64,000 nucleotides of DNA from positions 32,001-96,000 of IMG/VR virus record IMGVR_UViG_3300030329_005959; one strand, given 5' to 3'. The notes under the pieces are model-generated. The model ran no database searches and was not told the DNA's origin. It saw only the letters and a program-made list of their open reading frames with translations. Within the stretch, counting starts at the first letter, position 1; each line of letters starts with the position of its first letter. Positions 57,094 to 64,000 of this stretch are shown here, piece after piece. The position numbers and the translations under genes are program-made. This DNA is from a virus.

Positions 57094-57627
57094 ATGATTT
57101 CAGATAAGGCACGGGGCTTGTCAGGCTCCAAGCATGTAGCTCACACTCAGAAGCTAATGGACGAGTCTACCGAAAGGTATCACCATTCTTGTTTGTCTGC
57201 TGGCCTGACGATCAAAAAAGCCACTAAAAAGCAGGACATTGGCCATGTCGATTTTGTAGTAGAGGGCGAGACTGTAGATTTAAAAGGATTAAAAAACTCT
57301 ACCAGAGAGGGTAAAATCCTATTAGAATTCCTTAACGTTCTTGGTAAAACGGGTTGGTGCAATGAAAACGGCACCCCTTTGTGGATAGCTTTTGATTTTG
57401 GAGCTTTCTTCCTCCATGTTAAAAACATCGACCTCTATAACCTAGCAAAAGAAAAATGTGATTTAAGGGACACCGTTAGCCGAGTAGACGCTTGCCTCCA
57501 CAAAGGATATCGCCGCAAAGGAAGAAAAGATTTAATGTCAATGGTTCTTTTGAAAGATGTTCTGGGGAGTTGCGAGCATTGGTTTTTGCCCTACACAAAA
57601 TACCAAATACCTATTGAAGAAATTTAG
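57094..57627 (+). CDS. PD-(D/E)XK-like nuclease
   Basis: D..HVDF....VDLKG, LE..NV.G..GW. Confidence 0.6.
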   Translation: MISDKARGLSGSKHVAHTQKLMDESTERYHHSCLSAGLTIKKATKKQDIGHVDFVVEGETVDLKGLKNSTREGKILLEFLNVLGKTGWCNENGTPLWIAFDFGAFFLHVKNIDLYNLAKEKCDLRDTVSRVDACLHKGYRRKGRKDLMSMVLLKDVLGSCEHWFLPYTKYQIPIEEI

Positions 57628-57641
57628 GTGTAATAGAAAGT
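57628..57641 (+). promoter_or_regulatory. GTGTA phage promoter motif
   Basis: GTGTAATAGAAAGT then ATG 57642 (14 nt). Confidence 0.65.
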
Positions 57642-57899
57642 ATGTCTAAAACAGTTCGACAATTAACAATGGAACAAAACGGTGTTCCAGGTGGTCAATA
57701 TGTGACAGGGGACACTACCGATGTCACGGGGAATTGGTTTGCTATTCAAGCGTTAGAAGCGACAACCATGAACGATGGAACCACTTCTAATCTGGAAAAC
57801 ATAGGCTCCTCTTCGGGTGTTATTCCTGCTGGCTCTACTATTTTTGGTGATTTTACCGTTATCAAATGTTCTGGCAAAGCCATATTGTATAATGCTTAA
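57642..57899 (+). CDS. Small beta-rich putative virion protein
   Basis: IPAGSTIFG.FT.I..SG..I.Y pattern; GTGTA promoter. Confidence 0.55.
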   Translation: MSKTVRQLTMEQNGVPGGQYVTGDTTDVTGNWFAIQALEATTMNDGTTSNLENIGSSSGVIPAGSTIFGDFTVIKCSGKAILYNA

Positions 57900-58797
57900 A
57901 TTAGGGCAAAGTTTAGGAACCCGTGCAAAACCAGTGGCGGGTCTACCTATAGATGAGATTTCTTCCGCTCCTCAGGGTGCTTGGAGTTTAAGGAAGCTAT
58001 CGTCAACTTATACTGGCCCCGTCCTTATCGCTAACAGCACCAGTGGTTACACAGCTACCGTTTATTTTGATGCTAATGGAGAATTAAGCCTAAATAGCCC
58101 CACTAACATGGGGAGTTATGGGTATCCAACGCTGAAGGACTGGGCTTGGAACGAAGGGGATGGCAATCTGTGGGTGAGCACTTGGTATGACCAGTCAGGA
58201 GGGACGACTCGCAATGCGACTCAAACTATCGCGGGTGACATGCCTATTCTTACTGAGGGGGGAGTTTTAGTAAAACAAGGGAGCTTTCTCTTTGCTGATG
58301 ATTATTTTAAGGTTTTAAATTATAAATTTCCTAACCCTAATGATAGCTGCACTATTTTAGCTGTCGCTCGCCCCACAAATTCAGACGCAATGGGAATCGT
58401 CACGGACATCGAGAGTTTTAATGATGGGGTAGAATTAATTTATGCTAGCAATAGCTGGGACTGGCGTATTAAAAATTCAGATTTAAATAATAACCCCATA
58501 GACCCCGTGATAAATGGCAAATTCCAAATAGCCATCGCAGTCTATGATACAAGCTTGGGTTCTAATCAACAAAAGCTTTATGTGAATGGGATATTAACGC
58601 AGCAAAACTGCACAGAAGACAAACATGTTGCTAGCACAGATAGGTTCAGAATCGGAGCCAGAATAACCACAAGCAATCAAATGGATGGCAATATTGCTGA
58701 AGCCATGATTTGGGACGCTGCTTTATCTGAGGCAGATATTCACAAGCTTCAGCATAATATTTTTATGCACTATTCTATTCCGAAAGGTTCGCCGTAG
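57892..58797 (+). CDS. Lectin-like (ConA/LamG) virion protein, paralog of 37684-38664
   Basis: AWSLRKL...YTG, WYDQSG, FNDGVELIY, EDKH...DRFRIG. Confidence 0.7.
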   Translation: MLKLGQSLGTRAKPVAGLPIDEISSAPQGAWSLRKLSSTYTGPVLIANSTSGYTATVYFDANGELSLNSPTNMGSYGYPTLKDWAWNEGDGNLWVSTWYDQSGGTTRNATQTIAGDMPILTEGGVLVKQGSFLFADDYFKVLNYKFPNPNDSCTILAVARPTNSDAMGIVTDIESFNDGVELIYASNSWDWRIKNSDLNNNPIDPVINGKFQIAIAVYDTSLGSNQQKLYVNGILTQQNCTEDKHVASTDRFRIGARITTSNQMDGNIAEAMIWDAALSEADIHKLQHNIFMHYSIPKGSP

Positions 58798-58810
58798 GCT
58801 AAAATTTCCC

Positions 58811-58838
58811 TTGACTTTTGTTTCAGTAGGCAGATAAT
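58811..58838 (+). promoter_or_regulatory. sigma70-type promoter
   Basis: TTGACT-N16-GATAAT, ATG at 58850. Confidence 0.6.
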
Positions 58839-58849
58839 GGTTACTGACT

Positions 58850-59080
58850 ATGGACCTTGATGATTGCGACTTGTATTTTGCTGATGATGCCATTCGCTTC
58901 ACTGGCTTAGATGAATGTGCCATAGGTGTTGACCAGAGAGGTTATATAGTCTACTCCTATCAAAAGATGCTTGAGCATTTTATGAAGGACATGAGTTACG
59001 AAGAAGCCGAGGAGTGGATCGGTTTCAATGTCGTGGGTATCAAACCTGATACATATACTGTTGTATATAATGAACATTAA
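58850..59080 (+). CDS. Conserved phage hypothetical protein
   Basis: GLD...IGV...VYS..K...EEA.EW..FN. Confidence 0.65.
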   Translation: MDLDDCDLYFADDAIRFTGLDECAIGVDQRGYIVYSYQKMLEHFMKDMSYEEAEEWIGFNVVGIKPDTYTVVYNEH

Positions 59081-59330
59081 ATTAATTAAATTGTCGTATG
59101 CGATACTTTCTATTATCGCAGGGTTAACGGTAGGGGTTGTCTTGTCCCTGTATGTGGGGCTAATGTCTTGCATCCAAACACTTATTGTGTTTCCTTTTCA
59201 GATCTATACCAACTGCGTGGCCAATGCCATAGAGAAGAAAATAAAAGCTATGGGCTCCCCCGCCCAAGGTGACGAGGATATGTGGGATCGACACATCCAA
59301 AGGATGGAAGAACAGAGCAAAAATAACTGA
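59070..59330 (+). CDS. Membrane hypothetical protein
   Basis: Long hydrophobic N-terminal half; ATG 59070. Confidence 0.5.
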   Translation: MNIKLIKLSYAILSIIAGLTVGVVLSLYVGLMSCIQTLIVFPFQIYTNCVANAIEKKIKAMGSPAQGDEDMWDRHIQRMEEQSKNN

Positions 59331-59331
59331 T

Positions 59332-59883
59332 ATGGTTGATCTATCACAAGCAAAACAAATAGAAGGTCACGAAGACTATTGGGTATTTCCTGATGGAAGG
59401 GTTTACAGCAACAAATTATGGAGAGGCAAAAGGGGTAGGTTTTTGAATCCTCCACTTAGAACTTGTGGAAAGAAAAAATATCGCACTGTGAGTTTGTGCG
59501 GGAAGAAAGGTAGGGTTTTAAAATCATTACATGTTTTAGTAGCTGAAGCCTTTATTGGCCCTCGACCAACTATAAATGGAAAAAGAACAGAGGTAGACCA
59601 TATAGATGGTAACTCTTTAAATAATCACGTAGACAATCTTAGATATGGCACTAGAGCAAACAATCAAATTAACAGACCGCCAGAAGAAAACTGTTTATCG
59701 AAATATAAAGGTGTTTCTCTCAACGTTAGGGGGCGACCATTTGCTCAATTAAGTATTAATAACAAAACTAAATATCTAGGAGAGTTTAACACTGAAATAG
59801 AAGCTGCAAAAGCTTACGATAAAAAAGCTTATGAAGTTCACGGTGAGTTCGCTTACCTTAACTTCCCAGAAGACTACAGATGA
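59332..59883 (+). CDS. Free-standing NUMOD4-HNH-AP2 homing endonuclease
   Basis: Y.V..DGRVYS, VDHIDGN.LNN...NL, SKYKGV...YLG.F..E.EAAKAYD...HGEFA.LNFP. Confidence 0.9.
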   Translation: MVDLSQAKQIEGHEDYWVFPDGRVYSNKLWRGKRGRFLNPPLRTCGKKKYRTVSLCGKKGRVLKSLHVLVAEAFIGPRPTINGKRTEVDHIDGNSLNNHVDNLRYGTRANNQINRPPEENCLSKYKGVSLNVRGRPFAQLSINNKTKYLGEFNTEIEAAKAYDKKAYEVHGEFAYLNFPEDYR

Positions 59884-60269
59884 ACACAAAAGAACTACTC
59901 CAACTCCACGATGATACCTGCGAGGCTTGCAAGGCAATCATGCAACAGAAAAATAGCGATTACACTGGAGGCAAGAATGCTACAGATATATTTGCTAATT
60001 TTAATTCCTCTAAGATCTTAAACATCCATCCAGTTCAAGGCTTGCTTCTGCGATTAATTGACAAAGTTCAAAGGATTCGTTCCTTTACCAACGACAAGGA
60101 ATTGAAAGTCGCAAATGAGTCTGTAGATGATGCTTGCGATGATATCGTAAACTATGCTATCTTGGCTAAGGCGATGTTGCGGGAGGAAAGATCCCAGATT
60201 GAACAGGACCGCCGAAATAAAGCAGGGCCGACACCAGATCAAGGAGGCCATCCAGCAGGGTGGTGCTAA
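59880..60269 (+). CDS. DUF1599-like (nucleotide-modification-associated) helical protein
   Basis: KNSDY, F.NF, RL.DK..R, ES..D...D..NYA. Confidence 0.7.
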   Translation: MNTKELLQLHDDTCEACKAIMQQKNSDYTGGKNATDIFANFNSSKILNIHPVQGLLLRLIDKVQRIRSFTNDKELKVANESVDDACDDIVNYAILAKAMLREERSQIEQDRRNKAGPTPDQGGHPAGWC

Positions 60270-60282
60270 ACATATAAGGTAA

Positions 60283-60528
60283 GTGAAAAAGAAGATTCAT
60301 ATAAACCAACACAAAATTCGGCGCAACGCCAAAACAGGAGAGCGCGAGCCTGTGATTACAGTCAAAACTTACAAGACAAACGATTATTGTCATGCTGTTA
60401 CCATCACTTCTCCATGCAGGGTTATATATTCTCCCGACAAACCTTTACCATGTGGCGCAAAAGTCTGGATCGAAACCGAGGGGGACGTAATATGTTCCCA
60501 GATCGAAGAGGATTCGCCAAATAAGTAA
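60283..60528 (+). CDS. Conserved phage hypothetical protein
   Basis: IHINQH.IR.N...PV.TVK...YSPDKPL.CGA.VWIET. Confidence 0.7.
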   Translation: MKKKIHINQHKIRRNAKTGEREPVITVKTYKTNDYCHAVTITSPCRVIYSPDKPLPCGAKVWIETEGDVICSQIEEDSPNK

Positions 60529-60530
60529 AT

Positions 60531-60607
60531 GGGTGCGTAGTCCAACTGGCAGAGACAACGGACTTAAAATCCGTCCAGTGCGGGTTCGAATCCCGCCGCG
60601 CCTACCA
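60531..60607 (+). tRNA. tRNA-Leu (anticodon TAA), short variable loop, encoded CCA
   Basis: Acceptor GGGTGCG/CGCGCCT-A-CCA; anticodon arm ACGGA-CTTAAAA-TCCGT; T arm GCGGG-TTCGAAT-CCCGC. Confidence 0.93.
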
Positions 60608-60636
60608 CACAATATATTTATATTCGCGCAGTTTAT

Positions 60637-60650
60637 GTGTAAATATATAT
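60637..60650 (+). promoter_or_regulatory. GTGTA phage promoter motif
   Basis: GTGTAAATATATAT followed by ATC at the usual start position (14 nt). Confidence 0.55.
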
Positions 60651-61772
60651 ATCAAGCTACTATCTACCATAGCGAGCCTACTTGTTTTTACATTTTCATC
60701 TTTAGGGTTATCTCAAGAGTCTAAATCTAACCTATTTGGGTTTCATTCAGAAATAGTAAGAGCAAATACTTATAATTTAATAGGTATTAATGTCGCTACT
60801 CAACCTCACGGTAGATTAATAAGAACTATAGGGCAAGCTTTCGGCCTTGAAAACGCGGCGGGTTTAAAAAGTCCTACGTTTGGATTTGATAGTAACGATC
60901 CGACAGAGGCAGATGTAGTATGGATTTGGCGTGATGACGGTTCTTGGTTGGGAATATACTACAATGACCAAGACTTAAGAACCGAAACCCCTCCGATGAC
61001 AAGGGGTTGGAAAGCGATTGGTTTCGGGGACACTGATGCATCCCGAGTTGTTATACCTGAAAACGGGGGATTTTTACTACAATCTAGACAAGAAAGAGAT
61101 TGGTTGTTAGTTTTTGGAGGAAATGTAAATGCATCCCCTAAATTTTTAAACATTAAAAATGGTTACAACATTGTAAATAGAGGAACTCCTTGGCCTTTGA
61201 GGTTAGATGAATGTGATATAGAGAACTCTCACAGCTTCCGTAAAGGTGCTAATGGTGATTTGATTGGGTTCGATAACTCTGATGGAAAATGGGAGCAATA
61301 TTATTTTGATGGTGAGTGGAAGAAAACAGACTCACCAGATGGCGATTACGGTCATGTAGAGCTACCCTCTGCGTTCTTTGTATACAGAAGAGGTAAGCAG
61401 GGTTATATCTGGATACGACCCCCCGTGGGCGTTTCTCCGACGAAAAATAAATTGGGCAACACTCCACCAGCACCCGATGTATCTGCAAGATTGGGTCTTA
61501 ACGAGTGGGGTAATCCAATTTTTGAGATTTCATGGCACTCAAGTAGCCCTAAAATCATTTACAGAACTGAAGTCTTTGGTTCCCACCCAGATTTACCACC
61601 CGAGGAAGCAGGAGACAGAAGCAGTTGGTTTTATTTACCCCCTCGTCGTGGCACTTGGGGCGATCACTTATCCGATCACGCCCTGTTACGTTGGTTGCGC
61701 TATGGAATAGTTAGAGTTTCTGCCGAATGGGAATATGATAATACGTCTCAGCTAAAAGCCCAGATCGAATGA
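60651..61772 (+). CDS. Secreted TIGR02597-like (Verrucomicrobia-type) protein, probable non-canonical start
   Basis: Frame open 99 codons upstream of TTG 60948: IKLLSTIASLLVFTFSSLG signal peptide, TIGQAFG..N..GL, EADVV, GYNIV. Confidence 0.6.
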   Translation: MKLLSTIASLLVFTFSSLGLSQESKSNLFGFHSEIVRANTYNLIGINVATQPHGRLIRTIGQAFGLENAAGLKSPTFGFDSNDPTEADVVWIWRDDGSWLGIYYNDQDLRTETPPMTRGWKAIGFGDTDASRVVIPENGGFLLQSRQERDWLLVFGGNVNASPKFLNIKNGYNIVNRGTPWPLRLDECDIENSHSFRKGANGDLIGFDNSDGKWEQYYFDGEWKKTDSPDGDYGHVELPSAFFVYRRGKQGYIWIRPPVGVSPTKNKLGNTPPAPDVSARLGLNEWGNPIFEISWHSSSPKIIYRTEVFGSHPDLPPEEAGDRSSWFYLPPRRGTWGDHLSDHALLRWLRYGIVRVSAEWEYDNTSQLKAQIE

Positions 61773-61785
61773 TTTGGCCCAAATA

Positions 61786-62457
61786 ATGGATAATGATATC
61801 CTAGAATTTCTTCAAGCGTCCTTATCTGCCCCTTTTAGCAGCATGGATTCTTTATTGTTTCTCCGCATACCGAAGAATGCGAGTTCTTCTATCATGGAAA
61901 GCCTTGGCACTAGAAACATAGTTAAAAAGTATGAAAAAAAACTACAAGAATCCTTAGATAAAAATATTTATAAAGATTTCTTCACTGCTACTCATGCTCG
62001 CCCCCACGAACTACAAACAGTTATCGGTGCAATAGAGCTTGATTGTTTTTCTTTCGCTGTTGCTCGAAATCCTTGGGACAGGGCTGTTTCTATGTATCAT
62101 TTTGCCAAAAAACTGGGGCTAGGGGATCTGTTTGGGTTCTCTAACGACTTATCTTTCGAGCGTTTTTGTGAAGTTCTTGAATCCCGAGATGGGGACCGTT
62201 TGTTTATGCCTGTCTTTAAGCAAACCGAATGGACCCATAGTTCCATAAAGGTTAATGAAATATTAAAATTTGAAAATCTGAGCGAGGATTTCTCAACTAT
62301 GGTAAAAAAGCACCAAATAAAACATATTTCCCCTGATCTACCCCACATTAATAGCACCGTTCACAAACCTTATCGGGATTATTTTAATTCCAACACTCAA
62401 AAAATTATAAAAAAAGTATTTGAAGAGGATTGCGATCTTCTTAAATATGTTTTTTGA
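61786..62457 (+). CDS. Sulfotransferase family 2 protein
   Basis: RIPKNASSSI (PAPS loop), FAVARNPWDRAVSMY, KFENL..DF, D..LL.Y.F. Confidence 0.85.
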   Translation: MDNDILEFLQASLSAPFSSMDSLLFLRIPKNASSSIMESLGTRNIVKKYEKKLQESLDKNIYKDFFTATHARPHELQTVIGAIELDCFSFAVARNPWDRAVSMYHFAKKLGLGDLFGFSNDLSFERFCEVLESRDGDRLFMPVFKQTEWTHSSIKVNEILKFENLSEDFSTMVKKHQIKHISPDLPHINSTVHKPYRDYFNSNTQKIIKKVFEEDCDLLKYVF

Positions 62458-62550
62458 TCCCAGATCGACTGCGATTTTCCCAAATAAGCGCGTGAGTCCC
62501 AGATCGAATGATATTTTTCCAAATAAGTGATTAGATTTTTTAATCGACTG

Positions 62551-62880
62551 TTATATTTTTTTCTTTACAGAAACTAAGTTTTGTATTTGAACGATTAAAC
62601 TCATCACATTATCAACAGAAATTTTTTCTGCGATTACACTTAGGGGAAAGTTCATCTCCGTATCTAATCTTATTCCTTCTTCTCTTTCCTCTGGCGTGAC
62701 GATCTCCATGACGTAATCATACAAACCTTTTCTCTTTAACAGGTTAAAATAATAATCTCTTTGTTGTTGTTGCGACTCCACCAATACATCGAGTCCGAGG
62801 TTCATGCTGGTCACCATTGTGAGATACCTAAAATATAATCCTTCGTTTGTAGTCAGATGAGAAACCACAATAAGATTCAT
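62551..62880 (-). CDS. Hypothetical protein
   Basis: Start moved to ATG 62880 after a GTGTA motif. Confidence 0.6.
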   Translation of the reverse strand: MNLIVVSHLTTNEGLYFRYLTMVTSMNLGLDVLVESQQQQRDYYFNLLKRKGLYDYVMEIVTPEEREEGIRLDTEMNFPLSVIAEKISVDNVMSLIVQIQNLVSVKKKI

Positions 62881-62894
62881 ACTATTATATACAC
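62881..62894 (-). promoter_or_regulatory. GTGTA phage promoter motif
   Basis: Minus strand GTGTATATAATAGT then ATG 62880 (14 nt). Confidence 0.65.
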
Positions 62895-62937
62895 TATGGT
62901 CGGGGTGAAAAAAATTCGAATTAAGGCAAAAAAATGC

Positions 62938-62965
62938 TTGCGCCCCCATTTCCCTAGTATATAGT
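62938..62965 (+). promoter_or_regulatory. sigma70-type promoter
   Basis: TTGCGC-N16-TATAGT, ATG at 62974. Confidence 0.55.
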
Positions 62966-62973
62966 GTCTCCAT

Positions 62974-63210
62974 ATGAACGAAACACCTAAGAAGCGGGGT
63001 CGCCCAAAGGGTTCCACATCATTCACTAGGGTTAGACTTGGTGACCTACTGGATTCCTTCGGACCCGATGCTGCTATTGTTGTATCCAAGAAGTGGATGG
63101 ATGAGGTTGGTCTGACCGTTGCTCCTGCTCCTGTCAAGACACTCCCTGCTGCTTCTGCTCCCGAGCAACCAGAAGAGAAGATTGAGTTCTCTGTTAATAC
63201 GTTTGAGTAA
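62974..63210 (+). CDS. Small AT-hook DNA-binding protein
   Basis: KKRGRPKGS; TAATG-coupled to ruvB. Confidence 0.65.
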   Translation: MNETPKKRGRPKGSTSFTRVRLGDLLDSFGPDAAIVVSKKWMDEVGLTVAPAPVKTLPAASAPEQPEEKIEFSVNTFE

Positions 63211-64000
63211 TGAGTCAACCTGTTGATATGTTTGAGGGTCTTATCGGACAGGATACCCTCAAGAGTCGCCTCCACTTCTATAGCAAAGCAAAGGAGGCTA
63301 CTGGCACACTTCCTTTTCTTCTGTTTAATGGAGCAAAGGGTCTGGGCAAGACTGAGTTCGCAAAATCATTTGCGAAGTCTCTGGGCAAGCCGATGATAGA
63401 AATTAATTGTTCTACTATTCGCAATGCCGAGCAGTTCTTTGAGCAGGTTTTTATTCCTGCGATTCTGGACAAGGATGTGACCGTTCTGTTAGATGAGGCT
63501 CATGCCTTACCGAAAGATTTAGAGATGGCGTTTCTCACCATCTTTAATATCGAAGGTGCCAAGACAAAACGATTTGAATTTGGTGAAAACAGTTTCCTGT
63601 TCGACTTCCAAAGGCAGACTTTCTTGTTTGCTACTACAGAGTTGGATAAATTGTTTCCTCCTTTCAAGGACCGTCTCACTCAGCTTGACTTCGAACCATA
63701 CAACGGAAAAGAGTTGGCTGGAATCATCCAGAAGAAACTCGACTGGATTACTTTTGGTGATAACGTCCTTGCTACGGTCGCTGAGACAGTGCGAGGTAAT
63801 GCTCGCTCCGCAATTAAACGCGCATTAGAAATCAGTGCGTATGCCGAGGTCAATAACAGGGCTAAGTTCAATCTAGAAGACTGGAAGAAACTTTGCGATC
63901 TGTTGGGCATCTTGCCATACGGCATCAATGCGACTGAGTTGCAGGTGATGCGTATCCTGAAGGACCGTGGTGCTTGCACGTTGCAGATGTTGTGTGCTGT
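63210..64000 (+). CDS. ruvB: Holliday junction branch-migration ATPase RuvB-like (3'-truncated; not in ORF track)
   Basis: Manual translation: FEGLIGQD, LLFNGAKGLGKT, LLDEAH, ATTE, PPFKDRL, Y..KEL..II, RGNAR. Confidence 0.88.
   Translation, partial: MSQPVDMFEGLIGQDTLKSRLHFYSKAKEATGTLPFLLFNGAKGLGKTEFAKSFAKSLGKPMIEINCSTIRNAEQFFEQVFIPAILDKDVTVLLDEAHALPKDLEMAFLTIFNIEGAKTKRFEFGENSFLFDFQRQTFLFATTELDKLFPPFKDRLTQLDFEPYNGKELAGIIQKKLDWITFGDNVLATVAETVRGNARSAIKRALEISAYAEVNNRAKFNLEDWKKLCDLLGILPYGINATELQVMRILKDRGACTLQMLCA

Larger units (their letters stand above)
60193..62526 (+). repeat. Five direct copies of CCCAGATYGAM-N9/10-CSAAATAA
   Basis: 60193-60220, 60497-60524, 61759-61786, 62459-62487, 62498-62526. 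Confidence 0.9.

Noticed and set aside
60193-62526. CRISPR array interpretation of the 28-29-bp repeats
   Set aside because: Intervals range from 39 to 1262 bp and contain whole genes, the repeat centre is variable, and there is no cas operon.
578-63979. Short antisense or alternate-frame ORFs in the track (e.g. 23055-23603, 28338-28937, 40276-40632, 63556-63828)
   Set aside because: Shadows of well-supported genes, with no motifs or expression signals.
1-64000. Bacterial chromosome or integrated prophage origin
   Set aside because: Housekeeping-like genes are divergent, share phage promoter motifs with tail and lysis genes, and no host-type operons, integrase or att duplication are visible.
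1-64000. Stop-codon reassignment
   Set aside because: Long genes are intact under code 11, and TAA, TAG and TGA all end genes at tight junctions.

Overview
This 64-kb window is an internal segment of a large, AT-rich tailed phage genome with a lambda-like L/K/I/J tail tip, standard genetic code and no integrase. The host is probably a Gram-negative Verrucomicrobiota bacterium, inferred from a TIGR02597-like gene and an outer-membrane beta-barrel gene. Layout: (1) 1-2.3 kb, minus strand: Hsp20 (missed by the ORF track), GT4 glycosyltransferase, SSB and a phage sigma factor. (2) An AT-rich divergent gap with iteron-like repeats. (3) nrdB-nrdA. (4) A 12.6-kb, 13-gene sugar operon (5.6-18.2 kb) with most of a pseudaminic-acid-type nonulosonic acid pathway, tailoring enzymes, Maf/DUF115-like transferase domains and gmd. 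(5) A replication block: RecA, DnaB, DnaG, PD-(D/E)XK nucleases, Pol III split into PHP / DEDDh exonuclease / catalytic core genes, and a ClpC-type ATPase. (6) More glycosyltransferases, including a split GT9. (7) Minus-strand tail genes whose products are strongly enriched in Ser/Thr-Gly dipeptides. (8) Spanin-like pair, OMP, holin, a chemoreceptor-type sensor protein, CHAP endolysin, MazG, Ppa and HNH-AP2. (9) A 60.2-62.5 kb region where five copies of CCCAGATCGAA-N9/10-CCAAATAA frame accessory genes and a short-arm tRNA-Leu. (10) A partial RuvB (missed by the ORF track). The best candidates for undescribed biology are a phage-encoded virion O-glycosylation (nonulosonic acid coating) system with S/T-G acceptor motifs, a repeat-delimited gene-cassette region, a chemoreceptor ligand-binding domain inside the lysis cassette, and a GTGTA leaderless promoter regulon. 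All family calls are by eye from motifs; no searches were run.
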